The notes below the pieces were generated by a model that saw nothing but the letters and a program-made list of their open reading frames with translations, was not told where the DNA came from and ran no database searches. The translations under genes were made by a program, and so were the position numbers. A stretch of DNA of 64,000 nucleotides from Podarcis liolepis (taxonomy: Eukaryota), in assembly GCA_965112155.1 (NCBI GenBank), contig OZ218103.1; one strand, given 5' to 3'. Shown one piece after another: positions 1 to 13,135 of this stretch (position 1 is its first letter; every line of letters begins with the position of its first letter).

Positions 1-229
1 ACATCTGGGAGCGTGGCTGGCATGCGTCCCAGGGGGCATGGCGCGCCGCCCTTGGGGGGGTGCATGGCAAGCAGTACACATTCCAGGACGTGCACGGCAA
101 GTGGCGAGTGTCCCGGTGGTGTGCGGCAAGCGCTGAGCTTCTGGGGGCGGGGGCAGACGCGATGTCACACACCCCCAGATGGCACCCAGGGTGGAGCGCA
201 CCCCTTGCCCCCACCTTCATCTGCCAGTC
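1..229 (-). mobile_element. GC-rich non-autonomous hAT-type element, cut by the window start
   Basis: GC/CpG-rich block. Its right end (180-229) resembles the reverse complement of the left terminus of the element at 49739-50094. Confidence 0.5.
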
Positions 230-1564
230 TTAAAGACAGCCAGACAAACTCCTCCACAAGGGAATTATACACTCTGGGCACTCACCCCCTTTGTTGCGAA
301 CAGCGGTGGCACTCTGAGAAAGAACTCAGTAGAGGATCTTAACTTCCATATAGCTTGGTACTCATAAAGCAGTCCTTAAGGTACTGTACCTGGTTCCGAA
401 GCCATGACAGACTCATAGCTTAATACCAACGGCTTGAATTGTCTTTGGAAACAACATACCCAGCAAAAATAAATTAATAGATAAATACCTTGGTGAAGAC
501 ACAGGAGAATTATGAAAGCCGGGCTGTACAACTCCCTAGTCCACAAGATGACATTGTTCCCTTTCTTTGTGGGCTTCAGGCCAACACATTTTTTATTCTG
601 GCATGCTTATAGTTTGGCTCATTCCTAAATCTCACTGCTGAAAAGTATACTGCTGGTTACCAGCTGCTCTACTGTTTTTGTTGCTTTTTAAGGTCACAGT
701 GTGATTGTTCTTCAATTATGGAGCTGCTTTCATTGTGAGTTGGAAAGGCAGGATATATATATTTCAATTAATATATGAAACAATAAAACATGGAGTCCAT
801 TAGTGGTCCATTCCCACAACAGCATTTTTTTGCAGCATGTTCACCGAAGAAACTGATCACCTCTCTGACCCCCATGTCCCAGTCTTGGAATGTTCTGTCC
901 CAAGAGCCAAACTGCTTTCCTTTTGGGGCTGCTTATGGCTTTGCTGCAGCTGAATTAGTTTTTATTGTCACTTTAGTGTGGCTAATAGTATGCTTAGTTT
1001 TAATTGGGTTTTATTTTTCTTGCCTTTTACTGATTTGTAAGCTGCCTGAAGAATTGGGAAAATGGGGTTAAATATAATCTTAAAATACATAAAATATATT
1101 TTTATGTATTTTTCCAGGATGCTCTACTAATATAATACCAGCACTATAATGTTCAAAACTTCACTGATGTTAGCAAAGTTGTCAGGTCTTAAATTGAAGC
1201 AAAGAAGGTGACGTTAAACCACATGCAGACATTTAGAGGCCATATATGGACAAATCTGGTATTCAATGCTGACATACTAAGAAAAAAATACTGTACCTAT
1301 GATTAATTGGGGACATAATAATAACAGTGTATCAAGTCAAATTCCCTCTGTGGTTCCACATTAAAGATAATTAGCTGACAGGGCATCTGAGATCCGTGTA
1401 TATTCTAAATCAGCTGCCACCAAGCCTTGGCAAATGGCTAAAATAGTTTATATTCCATCATAAACTAGCTAGTTGTTCCTCAAATGCATGGAGGCTGGGC
1501 AGAGTAGGCATGTTCAATACTGCTGCCCCACCATGGAATGAGTTTCTCTTGAATATGCTTTAAT

Positions 1565-1716
1565 CAGTGCTTTTTTCTGGGGGGGGAAGGCTCAGGGGTA
1601 CGCATACCCCCTAAACATTTTTTGAATCTAAGTTTGGCCTCACTGAGGGGCAGTATTTCAATATGAGTAGGAAATTGAGAGTACCCCTAAACATTTTTTT
1701 AAGAAAAAAAGCACTG
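1565..1716. mobile_element. hAT MITE
   Basis: TIRs CAGTGCTTTTTTT / AAAAAAAGCACTG. Perfect 8-bp TSD GCTTTAAT at 1557-1564 and 1717-1724. Confidence 0.85.
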
Positions 1717-2064
1717 GCTTTAATAATGGGATCATCCTGGGTATTATTAAAGATACTTCACTAGTGAAAATTCAAAAATCTCTGCAAACATATCCCCATA
1801 TTGTAAACAGGACTGATAGAACCCTAATGTGGATGGTCATGTAGGCTCTGAACACAGGATTCCTACCCTTTATTTTTCAAGGGTAAAAAATCACACAAAC
1901 ATAGTCATAGTGTATTGGACTGTCTGTGTGCAGACAGTCCCTGTGCAGATGTGAGTTCCAACACGTATAGTCAGATACAACAAGGACGTTGGGCAATTGG
2001 TACAATTCTCCCCTTCCCATGTATGCGGCTTTATAAATGCTTTGACTGCCCATGCAAAGTAAGA

Positions 2065-2205
2065 TAGGGCTATGGGGAAACTGTGACCTCCAGGTGGTGT
2101 TGGACTCTAACTCCCATTAGCCCCAGCCAGGATGGCTCAATGGTCAGACATGATGGGAGTTATAGGCCAGCAACATCAGGTGTCTGTGCACAGGCTTCCC
2201 GTCTC
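2065..2205. mobile_element. Abundant short palindromic MITE family (GGACTACAACTCCCATC...GATGGGAGTTGTAGTCC core)
   Basis: Fold-back structure. Degraded copies also at about 10210-10300, 19670-19780, 24130-24270, 35275-35410, 36260-36400, 51020-51080 and 58320-58365. Confidence 0.55.
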
Positions 2206-5200
2206 TGCTTTGAGGGTTGCACAGAACAGCAAAAAGGGTGAGAAAAACTGTCCCTGCAGGAATTGCCATTTTAACATAACAATCAAAAGTTCAGGAGCCC
2301 CGTCCTCTTATGCAGTGGGTTATCCTAATCTCCTCCCTATTTAAGGTGCTTCACCAACTTAGTGTTAGCATCAATAGCAATTGGTGGACAATGGTTTAAG
2401 ATTGTCAAAAACATTTGGAAGCTTCTAAAAATTAGACTTTCCACATTCAAATATGGCTTGCGGTTTTTAAAAAATGGAATATTTTGCGCCTATGCTGTGA
2501 TTCTCTACAGTCTACTAACCTCAGCATGTTTCATTTCATCAACCGTCCATCATACAGCTAGGAGTCCAGCTGCCACTGACATCATGTATGCAGCCAGCCA
2601 ACCAGCCAGGCTCCATCAGACAGCTCTTGCCCCATTAACAAACAGCGCTGTATGGCTGTCAAGTTCCCAATTGGTCTGCGGTGAGGAAATGTCAACAGTG
2701 TTACGCTAACAAGAAAACACTGAGGACCAACAGTAGACAGAGTCAGAAGTCAAAAAGATCGGTCTGAAAATATTTTGGGAAATGGCGAGATCTGCCAGTA
2801 AGCAGGCCTGCATATGCTTTTTCCAGTGATTGCAGATGCTTTCCTAGGAACCTCTCTTACATACATATGATGGCCTGGCAGTGTCTTCATTTAGAGAGTG
2901 GACATGTCTCCTACTTTACACATGTCCTCTATCGAAAGGCTGTCAATCCTCTGTTTAGAAGGATCTTCTCTTTGCTGTCCAGTTCAGTGATAAACAGATG
3001 TAGGAAAGGAGCACAAAGACATCTATTTCTAAATTTGCATCTACAAAATATAAATCAGCAAATTGAAAGTTTATGCAATTCTGTGTCCTCTTTTGCCTTC
3101 TTTCTCAGAGTTGCATTTCTTATTTTTTGGTGGCGCATAAGTGGCCACCCTATTTGCATCATCAAATAATATTGCCACCTGACACCCCCTCCTCAAATCC
3201 ACACAACACCACAAGGTCTGTCTGAGTCTGAGGAAGATACTTGGGCAAAGGGAAGGAACATGCACTACAGGGCTGTTGGCATACCGGATTAGTGGGAAGC
3301 TTGGCCGCCTTTGACATATTTTGGCTGAGCTGTCTCAAAACATTCCTGGGCATCTAAGTTACAGACGCTCTCCATAAAGAGATTCTGTGCCTCCTCCCCT
3401 CCCCCTGTATTTGCTGCCATCTGTCTCATCTTAAACCTAGAATTCTTTGGTTCCTGCTTTTTCCCATCATCTTAATGGCGTTGGGGCTTGGAATCATTAG
3501 CTCCAACACAAAACGGTGGACTCAGCAGGGACATAGCATATGAATTATGGGAAGAAAATGAATGTCTCAGAAAACTATTTCAGCAAAATGATCTTTTCTG
3601 TAAGTCTAGTTCCCTCTAGTAAGAACACAGCCTTTTCACTCTAACGCCCCTCCTTTTGCTCCTCTGGATTTTATCCCAAAAGTTTCTTTTTTGTGATACA
3701 AGAACTAATGTCAGCTTCTTGTAAGGAGAACTAAAAATGAATTCAGATCTGGAGGCACTGGAGGCGAACAAACCTCCATGCATGCAAAATGCAAACACTG
3801 AATTTTAGGAGCTTCCTATAAAGTCATAAAAGAAGTGCCAATCTGCTTTGAATTAGCATAGAACTTTTTAGTTTCTGATGATGCAATCTGTAAGTGTGTC
3901 ATTTATTTCTATATTTATGTAGCTGGGCTTTCAACAATATAATACACATTTATTTACTAGCTCAACCCTGAAATAACATTTGTGAGCTGAGCTCACAAAT
4001 TATAAAGGACGGATGGTGAAATTAAGAATGAGCGGGCCGCAAATAAACAAACTAAGTACACTACAAAGCAAATTTTAAGCAAAATCCAGCGAAAATCATA
4101 CTTAAATCCCACTGTTTAAATCAGAGATAGCCTGGGCTGAATCCATCCCCCAAGGCAACTTTATTTGGCCTTGTTGATTGTACTGTGCATGTTATAGAGG
4201 TGTAACAAGAACTCTGGCCACAACTTTGAGCCTTAAAAAAGAGAATGTCTCACACTGAATGTAACCGACCTGTAGGAAGGACTCTGTGATTTGAAAACAG
4301 AGGTGTTGTATGTACTTTTGTTGCCCAAGAAAATCTTTTAATAAAAGCATAAAAAGGAATGCTGTAAGAAACAGATAGTCTACCTTTAGTATTATTATTT
4401 TTTGGTTTTGTATGTAACATGTACCATATGTGATTGAACCTGAGGTCTGTTTGTGCAGCAACATACCTTTCCAGCCCCCTGTCTGGAAAACAGTGACCCT
4501 CAGTTCACAAAGAAGGGGGCAATCTGTGGCCTAACTCTATGGGATATAATTTTAACTGAAAATTATATGGCTAGCTTGATGTATTTGTCTGTTATGACAA
4601 GTAGCTAACTTCTAAAGTTTCTCAGAAGATGCTGGTGTGTATGACCTGGACATGTCTGATTTGTTCAAATTCTGAAAGTGGCCTAAATATTCAAATAGGT
4701 TCTTAAATCATTTTAGTTAGATTCTGCACTCAGCGTCACCCTAAGTCCCTATTTTTAAAAACATGCAAGGAGAAGTGAGCTGTGTAGGGAATATGTCAAC
4801 AACACTTTGACCTATTTTGTGTGTGTGTTGAGAGAGTCAGAATGTGACCCCAGCATGTCCTCCAACCAATGTATACGGGTCACTGTGAAAGTTAAAGATA
4901 CAAACTCTCTCCTTCTTGTGGCAGTTTTCAACAAGTTCTTAGATCATAGGGGGAATATGTAGTGAGGCACTTAATGAAATCCACAAGACTCCCTCCCTGA
5001 CTTCCCAAAATTTAATTAATTATTGGCTTCCACATAGATTTCTAAAAGCAATCACCTAGGGGGCTGTAGCATATCTGCCCTGCCTTTGACCCAAGTCCCA
5101 ATCCCAACCTCTGCATTAGTGGAGACAGAACTTTTCTCTCCAATTAACTGGAATATATTTTTCTATGGTTGACTGGACATAGGTGTGCTATAGGGCAATG

Positions 5201-5575
5201 CAGGGGCCACCAACATGTTGCCAACTCACACCAACCTAAGGCAGCATGGCCTATGGTCAGGGATGAGGGAACCATGTTGGCTAATGAGTAACAGCTAGAA
5301 AGACAGGGCTTGCAAGAGGCAGTTGTTCAAATTATTTTTCTCTTGAACCAAGCAGGTGAGACATGCAAGGGGCAAAACTCCTGAGCTGATCCATTCGGCA
5401 GACTCCAGAATATCTGACTGAAAATGTTTTATTTTAGTTAAGATACCAGATGTGAATTGAAGTGAGCAAGACTGGTTGAGGCAAAAATGCACAACACAAG
5501 CGATGGCAAAAGAATAATTTCTCTTGCCATACATGTAGCAATCTGGCAGATGAACTCACCATGTTAGATGTGAGG

Positions 5576-5780
5576 TAGGGTTGCCATATTTCAAAAAGGA
5601 AAAATCCTGAAACCTGCAATTTCAAGCTTTCAGAGCTGTTTCCGCTGCTTTTTCCATCGTGTTGCCATGCACACAGTTTTTTCTGACATTTTGCCACTTC
5701 GGCAAAATTCCCTCCTGACACCATTTTTACACCCAAAAACCAGGACATGTTAGAAATTTTCCTGATGTATGGCAAGCCTA
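5576..5780. mobile_element. hAT MITE (TAGGGTTGCCA termini)
   Basis: TIRs TAGGGTTGCCATA / TATGGCAAGCCTA. 8-bp TSD ATGTGAGG / GTGTGAGG. A shorter relative lies at 41508-41602. Confidence 0.75.
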
Positions 5781-6889
5781 GTGTGAGGGAAAGCTCATTG
5801 GAAGTCCAAAAGACTGACAGTTTGTAGGCAGAGATACTCTCCTTTTGAACTGTGTGTATACAGTGCAGAAGGGCTAAGGGAGATGAGTGAACTTACCACA
5901 ACTGAGGAGGACTGGGCTTTCCCCTCCAGCCAATGGGTGTAGCTATTTCCCAAGGTTTGGCCTATAGAAACTGTCTCATAGGTGTGGTGTAGGATGAAGA
6001 ACACTAACAAGTTTTGCATGTCAACTTTTAACACTGGGGTTTGAGCAACTGACAGATTCTCAAACATCAGAAGAGAAGATAGTGAGAAGGTGAATTGGCA
6101 GAAACTCCTTTCTTTCTTGCCAGACTAGACACTCACGCAGATTTGCTGAGGCAAATGAATTTAGGACACTTGCAACGTGCCAGGGAAGCTGTCGTTTGAT
6201 TACTCCAAAAACAATTCAATATGGAGTGATCAATATTTAAAAACAAGGGCTTTCACAGGGCCGCCACAAAAGACAAGGAGGCTGTTGTTGTCCACCAGGC
6301 TCTGTCCTGTCTTTCCTTATAATTCAAGTATGGTTGCTGCTTTTGATTTTCCAGGAGGCATTCTTGTGTCATAATAGAATATGATGGCCCTTTATATGTA
6401 CACCTTTGCCTGTGAGGAGTGAGCAAAAACCTCCTGCTGCATTGTCTTCGATTTAGTGGAGGCTGTGAATAGACAAAGGACTAATCCACACTTTGCTTTG
6501 CTTTGCTTTGTTCTGATTTAGTGCAGAAGAGTGGGTTTTCCCGGAGAAGCCACAGGGCAAAAGCCAAACCACTCGGACTGGAAAACTGCTTGAACCCATG
6601 CTTTCTAGGCACAGGGCAAGCAGAAGTGTAGACCTAAATCCTTGAAGCACATTCCAAGCACATCCCCCCCCCCTTAAAGAATTCTGCATAGTTTACCCCT
6701 CACAGAGTTACAAATACCAGCAACGCTTAACAAAATACAGTGCCCATAATTCCCTGAGAGGGAAAATGTGCTTGGAATGTCCTTTAAATGTATAGTGCTT
6801 ATGCAGCCTGAGGCCTACCTACTCCAAAGGCATTTTGCTGTCTGAGGCAAAGGATAGGATGGCACACATGCACCCCACATAGCAGATAA

Positions 6890-7150
6890 GAATCTTTATT
6901 TGCGTCAGCCATCGGCCATAGCAATAAAACAACAATACGGCACACAAAGAATAAAACTAAAAAGTCAATTATATAAAATACATTTTAGGGGACGACAAAA
7001 TAATAGTAGCAAAACATAACGATAATAATAGTAAAATCCTAGGAGAGGAATCTGGGCGACGACGCTAATGTCACTCAGGTTGCACCCCACATAAAGAAGC
7101 CAACCAGACTGGCAGCTGAATCTTAACTTCAGCACTGGCGACAGGACAGC
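6890..7150 (-). mobile_element. 3' end of a LINE (RTE-X-like)
   Basis: The minus strand reads a decayed ORF end, then a T-rich 3'UTR ending TGGCCGATGGCTGACGCAAATAAAG. Family assignment is from memory of squamate LINE 3' ends. Confidence 0.4.
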
Positions 7151-7591
7151 GTCCTCCGCCACACCTGAGGGCAGCGAGCCGTGTAACACACACTCTTCTG
7201 TCCTACAACACTGTGTTGCCACTTGCTGCCCACTCAAATATACACTGCTGTGGTGGGCCAGCATGTGTCCCCTGAACAGAGCTATGCATCTGCACACACA
7301 ATAGCTGCTAGAATATGAGATGTGCACACTGAGCGGGTCAAGGGCCTTTCCCAGTTGTGTCTGTGCTACATCAGAGGAAGGTGAGAGACAGCCAAAGCCG
7401 GCATCCAATAATGTAAATGAGCCTATCTGGCAGAAAAGTGGCTGTGGAACAGGCTCCATGGTAAAAGACATGGGGCAGGTCAACACAAACACATAAAACT
7501 GCTTCACTTCTACTTATAAAAAAAAAATGGAATATTTTGGTGCCAGAGCATCAGCTATAAGTAATTACTTGCCACAGGTAAGAGCCACCAG

Positions 7592-8122
7592 TTAGAACTG
7601 TAGAGTTGGAAAGGTTATCTCATCCAACCCCCTGCAATGCAGGAAGCTCAACTGAAGCATCCATGGCAGATGCCCATCCCACCTCTGCTTAAAAACCTCC
7701 AAGCAAGGAGGGCCCATAACCTCCCAAAGGAGTATGTTCCACTGTCAAACAGCTCTTAATGAAAGAAAGTTCTTCCTGATGTTTAGTCCTCTCTTGTTAC
7801 TTGAAGCCATTGGTTCGGGTACTGCTCTCCAGAGCAGGAGAAAACAAGCTTGCTCCATCTTCCATGTGATAGCCCTTTAGATATTTGAAGTTGGCTATCA
7901 TACCTCCTATAACTCTCCTCTTTTCCAGGCTAAGCATACCCAACTCCCTCAACCATTCCTCATAGGGCTTGGTTTCCAGACCCTTGATCATCTTGGTCAT
8001 TCTCCTCTGCACACATTCCAACTTGTCCATATACTTCTTAAACTGTGGTACCCAGAACTGGATACAGTACTCCAGGTGTGGTCTGACCAAGGCAGAATAG
8101 AGCAGTACTATGACTTCCCTTG
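7592..8122 (-). mobile_element. CR1 LINE, 5'-truncated (ORF2 C-terminus plus 3' tail)
   Basis: ORF 7797-8150 contains [52 protein letters not shown], the canonical CR1 ORF2 C-terminus. CR1 tail TTCCAACTCTACAG at the 3' end. Confidence 0.95.
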
Positions 8123-8479
8123 AACGGGAAACAGTCATGGCTTCCCCCAAAGAATCCTGGGGATTGCAGTTTGTTAATGATGCTTAGAGTCATTAGGAGG
8201 CCCCTATTCCCCACCACCACACATGCATGCCTACGTTTTTTGAGTGGTTTATCAGTCAATCCATTTCCCCCAGAGGACTCTGGGAACTGTAGCTCTGTGA
8301 GGGGAATAGAGATTTCCTAACACCTCTCAGCAGCCATTAGAAGCTACACTTTCCAGAATTCTTTGGAGAAAGCCATGACTGTTTAAAGTGGTCTGATACT
8401 GCTTTAAGTGTATAATGCAGAAGGGACTAGCGAGTCAGACCATTATTCCTCAGTACTGTCTACTCTGAGAGTTTCACAC

Positions 8480-8575
8480 TCAGTTCTTCCTAGTCCTATC
8501 TGGAGATACCAGGGATTGAACATGGGACTTTGTGAATGCACAGTATGGGGTCCACCACTGAGCTACTGCCCCTCT
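8480..8575 (-). mobile_element. tRNA-Ala-derived SINE head fragment
   Basis: The minus strand reads GTAGCTCAGTGGTGGA...GTTCAATCCCTGGTATCTCCA (A and B boxes). Similar fragments at about 10325-10425 and 41810-41905. Confidence 0.6.
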
Positions 8576-8629
8576 GAGCCTCAGCATCTACCCACCCCCT
8601 AAATTGGAACCCCAACCCCACTTTATATA

Positions 8630-8874
8630 TACAGTCATACCTTGGTTGGCAAACGCTTTGCAATTTGAACGTTTTGGCTCCCAAATGCCACACACCTGGA
8701 ATTGAGTGTTCCAGTTTGCGAAAGTTCTTTGGAACCCAAACGTCCATCGCAGCTTCCTATTGGCTGCAGGAGCTTCCTGCAGCCAATTGGAAGCTGTGCC
8801 TTGGTTTCTGAATGTTTTGGAAGTTGAACAGACTTCCGGAACAGATTCCTTTCGACTTCTGAGGTACCACTGTA
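8630..8874. mobile_element. Tc1/mariner MITE (CAGT.. termini, TA TSD) with a central palindrome
   Basis: TA-CAGTCATACCT ... AGGTACCACTG-TA. Internal hairpin at 8750-8796: CAGCTTCCTATTGGCTGCAGG / CCTGCAGCCAATTGGAAGCTG. Confidence 0.8.
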
Positions 8875-11053
8875 ACTGGAAAAGATCCAGATAGAAGCAC
8901 ATGGATCTGTTGCTGTCATATGTACTTTGGTCCTTAGAAGTCAGAGCTCTTCACTCAGACAGCATGGATTCTGAACTTTTGCCATAACATTCAGGCCTTG
9001 ACTCTCTGTTCATTCCTCTTTCTCTTTCCAGTGTTTATATGAGTCATTATCCTTCTTTTCCAGTCCGTGACAAAAACATTCAAACTCTGTATGAAAAAAT
9101 TAAACCCAAGCACAAACCAAGCATGCTGTAAAGCCTAAGTAAAGCATGAAGATTCACATATGCTTGTCGAATGTGTATAATCAATTTCCATTCCATTGAG
9201 ACAACTGTGGATATTTTGGGTAGCTTTCCTACCCCTCTCCCTATCAGAATGAAATGTTGGTTCTCTCTGCCTCTTGGAAGCTGCAACGAAGTCCAAGCTG
9301 GGTGTACCTGAACTTAAAACAGAAGCAGGAAACTTTACCCTCAGTAAAATAGTCTTTTCTTCTGCTGTCTCCAAAAGACATTGAAGACCAGAGAGGTGAA
9401 GCTGCAGACCATCTCTCTCCGCAGACTCTGGAATGACTGAAAAGCCAGGCAAGAGAGTGTTTGCATTGGGCTGGAGCCATCATACCATTAACCATTCCAA
9501 ATTATTTGTGGGCTGGTTAAAGGAGGGAGCCTCGACCACCCCAGCCATTTGTCTGCAGGGAAGGCTTTCTGCGCCTGCATGCAGATGGGGTGTGCCTCAT
9601 ACAGAAAGCATCTGGAATCAACTGGCTGGATAATTCCTGTGATATTGCAACACAGAAAAAGAAAAACCCCATTGCTAAATGCCTGCACTCTTTTACATCC
9701 CTTAGGGCTCATTTTATGTTTCCATCTGCCCGACTCCACATTTCAAAAGCAGCACAATAAAATGCAAACATCATACATTTATTTGGTGTATATACAATTC
9801 CCAGACGGAGTGCAAAAATACGGTGAAATGCCTCTCCTTTGTCTTTCCCCCATTCAACTGCACAGCATAAAATGAGAAAAATTCAAGCGAACAGCGCAGG
9901 CTGTGCCTCACAGTCTTTGCAACAGGCCTGCCCAGAGGACATGTCTTGGGATGGGAATTTCCTGCCCACGTGGGCTGGCACTGTAGCGCACACAACTTGG
10001 GAGTGCAGGGAGTCTCCTGAAAAAACACAGGTCCCTTTGGCCTGGATAATATTCCCAGCAACTCATTGCTGAACACAGACTCCATAGATCCTGCCCTAGT
10101 CTTCACCAACTTCTTGGTTGAAGCAGCTTGCATGGGAACATCAGAAACTGCTTCATAGCAAGTCTGATCTTTAGTCCATCAAGCTCAGTATCTACACCAA
10201 GGGTAGTCATTATTGGACTACAGCTCCCATCATTCCTAACCACTGACCATGCTGGTTGGGGCTGATGGGAGTTGAAGTTCAACAACATCCACAGGGCACT
10301 ATGTTGACCTGAGTCACACTGACTGGCAGTGGCTCTCCAGGGATCTCTCCCAGGCCTACTGGGATGCTGGGAACTGAACCTACAACGTTCTGCATACAAA
10401 GCAGATCCTCTTAACACAGCTACATGCACCTGCATTCCAGGGGGTTGGACTAGATGATCCTCAGGGTCCCTTCCAACTCTACAGTGATCCTCCATTTATT
10501 CATTTCAGGCACTGGTAGTGCTGGAACTGGTTGCCCAGCCCCCTAAATAAAAGCTGCCTGATATAGCTGAGATGAGATCTGGAACATGGGCATCCCAGAT
10601 CACAGTTCACACCCTTAAGCAGTATGGTTAGTAACACCAGCTACTGGCGACACTTTTGCCTTCCCTGTAGTGTGCCTTTGTGCTTGCCGTTGATGTTTGC
10701 AACCTCAGATCTCCCTGGAACCTCCAGTTCTTTCCAGTTGCTCTTTGCCAGTCACAAGGAACAGGGAAGACTTTCCAAAGAGCTAACAAAAGTGCAGTCC
10801 AAATCCTGCACTTCTGATTTGCTTGCATTGATGGTAATTCAGCCCGGCTGCTTGAAAGCTCCCTTCTCCCCCAGAGGCGAAGTGCCCGTTCAATTCCAAG
10901 CCCCTTTCCTGATTGCTTAAGTTCTGCTCCTATATCAGCCTCATCTATCCCCCCCCCCTTATAGTGGAGGAGAAGGCTCCCAACCTCCTCTTCTGAACAT
11001 CTAATCTCTGGTAAAAATCACATGAGTTGGATTCTGTTCCAAGAGAGAAAGAC

Positions 11054-11077
11054 TGTGTGTGTGTGTGTGTGTGTGTG
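11054..11077. repeat. (TG)n microsatellite
   Basis: Direct observation. Confidence 0.95.
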
Positions 11078-11296
11078 CGCGCGCAGTACACATCCTGCAT
11101 GAAAATAGCCCTTCCCCCAGCAGGCACATGACTTCCTAAACCCACCAGGAATGGAGGTGCTACTGGCTAAGAAAGGGGCATTGCGAAGAGTGCCCCCAAA
11201 GCCTGCTTTAGTGGGCTTTTCTTCCATGGGTAAATGCTGGATAAATGTGGACTGGCTGCTGAAGTTCCTAAGCAAATCTCTGAGGCTCAGCAAGAT

Positions 11297-11473
11297 GGAT
11301 TGCATACACACCACACATTTAAAGCACCCCTGCCTCATACACACAAAGAATCCCGGAAACTGTAGTTTGTTGAGGGTGCTGGGAATTGCAGTGCTCTGAA
11401 GGGTAAACTACAGTTCTGAATATTCTTTACAGGTAGGGGGTATGTGCTTTAAATGTGTGTGGTGTATGCAGCC
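11297..11473. mobile_element. Palindromic MITE (PIF/Harbinger-like)
   Basis: Long TIRs TGCATACAC..CACACATTTAAAGCAC / GTGCTTTAAATGTGTGTGGTGTATGCA. Relatives at about 6640-6808, 8130-8420, 21840-21990 and 23262-23415. Confidence 0.65.
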
Positions 11474-11789
11474 CATGTCCCAGTTACCTGCAAACCTATT
11501 TAGTCAAAGAATGGTTCTAACTTATATATTCAATAAGCCAGGAGTAGCTATTCTGACTCCCACATCTCCATGAGAACAGATACCGGTAGTTAGGAATTTG
11601 TCTCAAAATCTATGGAAGCGTAAGCAACTGAAATGGGCTGCTAGATAGATTTTTTTGACTGAACTAATCATCTAAAAAACCAACAACCATGTATCTGTGT
11701 TTGGGAACCAGGGGTGTGTGTTGCTTCCTGGGAAAACATTAATGCAGTATATAAATATATATATATGAAACTGAATAATCTTAACACTC

Positions 11790-12161
11790 ATGCTGCAAAC
11801 CTATATCCATTTACCTTGGAGAAAGCTCCATGTGGGAGTTACTTGTGAGTAGTCAAATATAGGATGGTGCTACAAGTAACCCTATTAGAGATTACATACA
11901 CCCACTTGGAAGAAAAACCTATTGAAATCAATGGGATATTGTTCCAAGTAAATGTGGTTTGTAAATACTGGTGTGTACCAGAGCAAACCTATGCATGCTT
12001 CCTCAGAAGAAAACCCACTCTGCCCAAAGGGGCTTACTCTTTCATAAGTGCATATATAGGACTAAAGCCTTATGGCACAATCCTATATATGCCTACTCAG
12101 CATAAATCCCATTGAGTTAAATGGGACTTACTCCTAAATCAGTGTCTATGGGATTGCAGTT
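11790..12161. repeat. Cluster of about 4 adjacent 80-90 bp fold-back MITEs
   Basis: Units resembling CAATCCTAT..TACTCAG..AAGTCCCATTGA..CAATGGGACTTAC..ATAGGATTG. Single copies at about 17147-17220 and 43870-43950. Confidence 0.6.
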
Positions 12162-12247
12162 AGTGTCTCTTAAATCACATCAGTCATTTTAAAGTGTTCT
12201 TCTCTTTAGGTATTGAAACTTTTATGGAATTGAACTAGGGACCAAGT

Positions 12248-12409
12248 CATAGAATCAAAGAATTCTAGAGTTGGAAGGGACCCTGAGGGTCATCTAGTCC
12301 AACCCCCTTGAAATGCAGGAATTCTGCCCACAGTTGTTCCTGAGTGGGCTCAAACCACCAACCTTCTGGTTAACAGCCAGATGCACTGACCCATTGTGCC
12401 ACAGGAGTC
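12248..12409 (-). mobile_element. SINE with a tRNA-Asn(GTT)-derived head and CR1 3' tail
   Basis: Minus strand CTGTGGCACAATGGGTCAGTGCATCTGGCTGTTAACCAGAAGGTTGGTGGTTTGAGCCCAC aligns to vertebrate tRNA-Asn. It is followed by GGGGTTGGACTAGATGACC..GGTCCCTTCCAACTCT and an (ATTCT)-like tail. Confidence 0.8.
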
Positions 12410-13135
12410 TCTGAGTGTGGGAGAATGAGTCTGTCTTCCAAAATTCACCTCTTTGTGACAAAACAGAAAGCAGCCCTAAATTCTCAGAAATGCAAAGAAT
12501 TTGTATTCATTCCCTCAAGGAAAAAATAAACATCGTACGATTTTCTCAGCTACCAGAGTGCGAAGAGGAATTGAATCTGCTTTATTCAACTAATTAGGGG
12601 CTCTTAACTCCTTTCTATCCAAAACCATTTACAAATTGCACATGTGGTGCAAGCAGAATTAACAGAAGCCACTTAGAAGGAAAAAATGAAACCACAACCT
12701 AATATTCCTCTCTGAAAATAAAACTCACCTCCCATCTCCCCATACCTTACAAAATTCTGATTATGAATCAAGCTTACAGATAGTGAGACTTCTGAAACAC
12801 TCAACTTGCTTTGGCAAAGGCTATAAACATACCAGATGTATGTGGATGTGTGCAGCATATGAGGAAAAAAAGGGGGTTCCCCAAGTTTTGCTGCCATGGA
12901 AACAGTCTCAGCATTTTTAACCACCTCTTTACTTCACTTTTCCTTTGTTTGTTTGACCGAACTTTTGCATGGACAACTGAAACAAAAAGCAGCCTTTGAA
13001 GACCCAGACAGAAAATACCTGTTGATCCATAAGATAGGGGAAAGTCCCACCTGACTCAGGTTAAGAAAGAAGTCCCTCCTTTCTCTTGTTTAGGGTAGGC
13101 CATCCCCAGATAGAGGACACCTGCCCAGGGCTTAC

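Noticed and set aside
5898-5962. Possible minus-strand internal exon (tttctatag ... GTG|gtaagt)
   Set aside because: The splice signals are plausible, but no frame gives a recognisable protein; it cannot be supported without RNA data.
6965-7507. 180-aa minus-strand ORF as a gene
   Set aside because: No recognisable domain, and its 3' part overlaps a LINE 3' end and low-complexity UTR.
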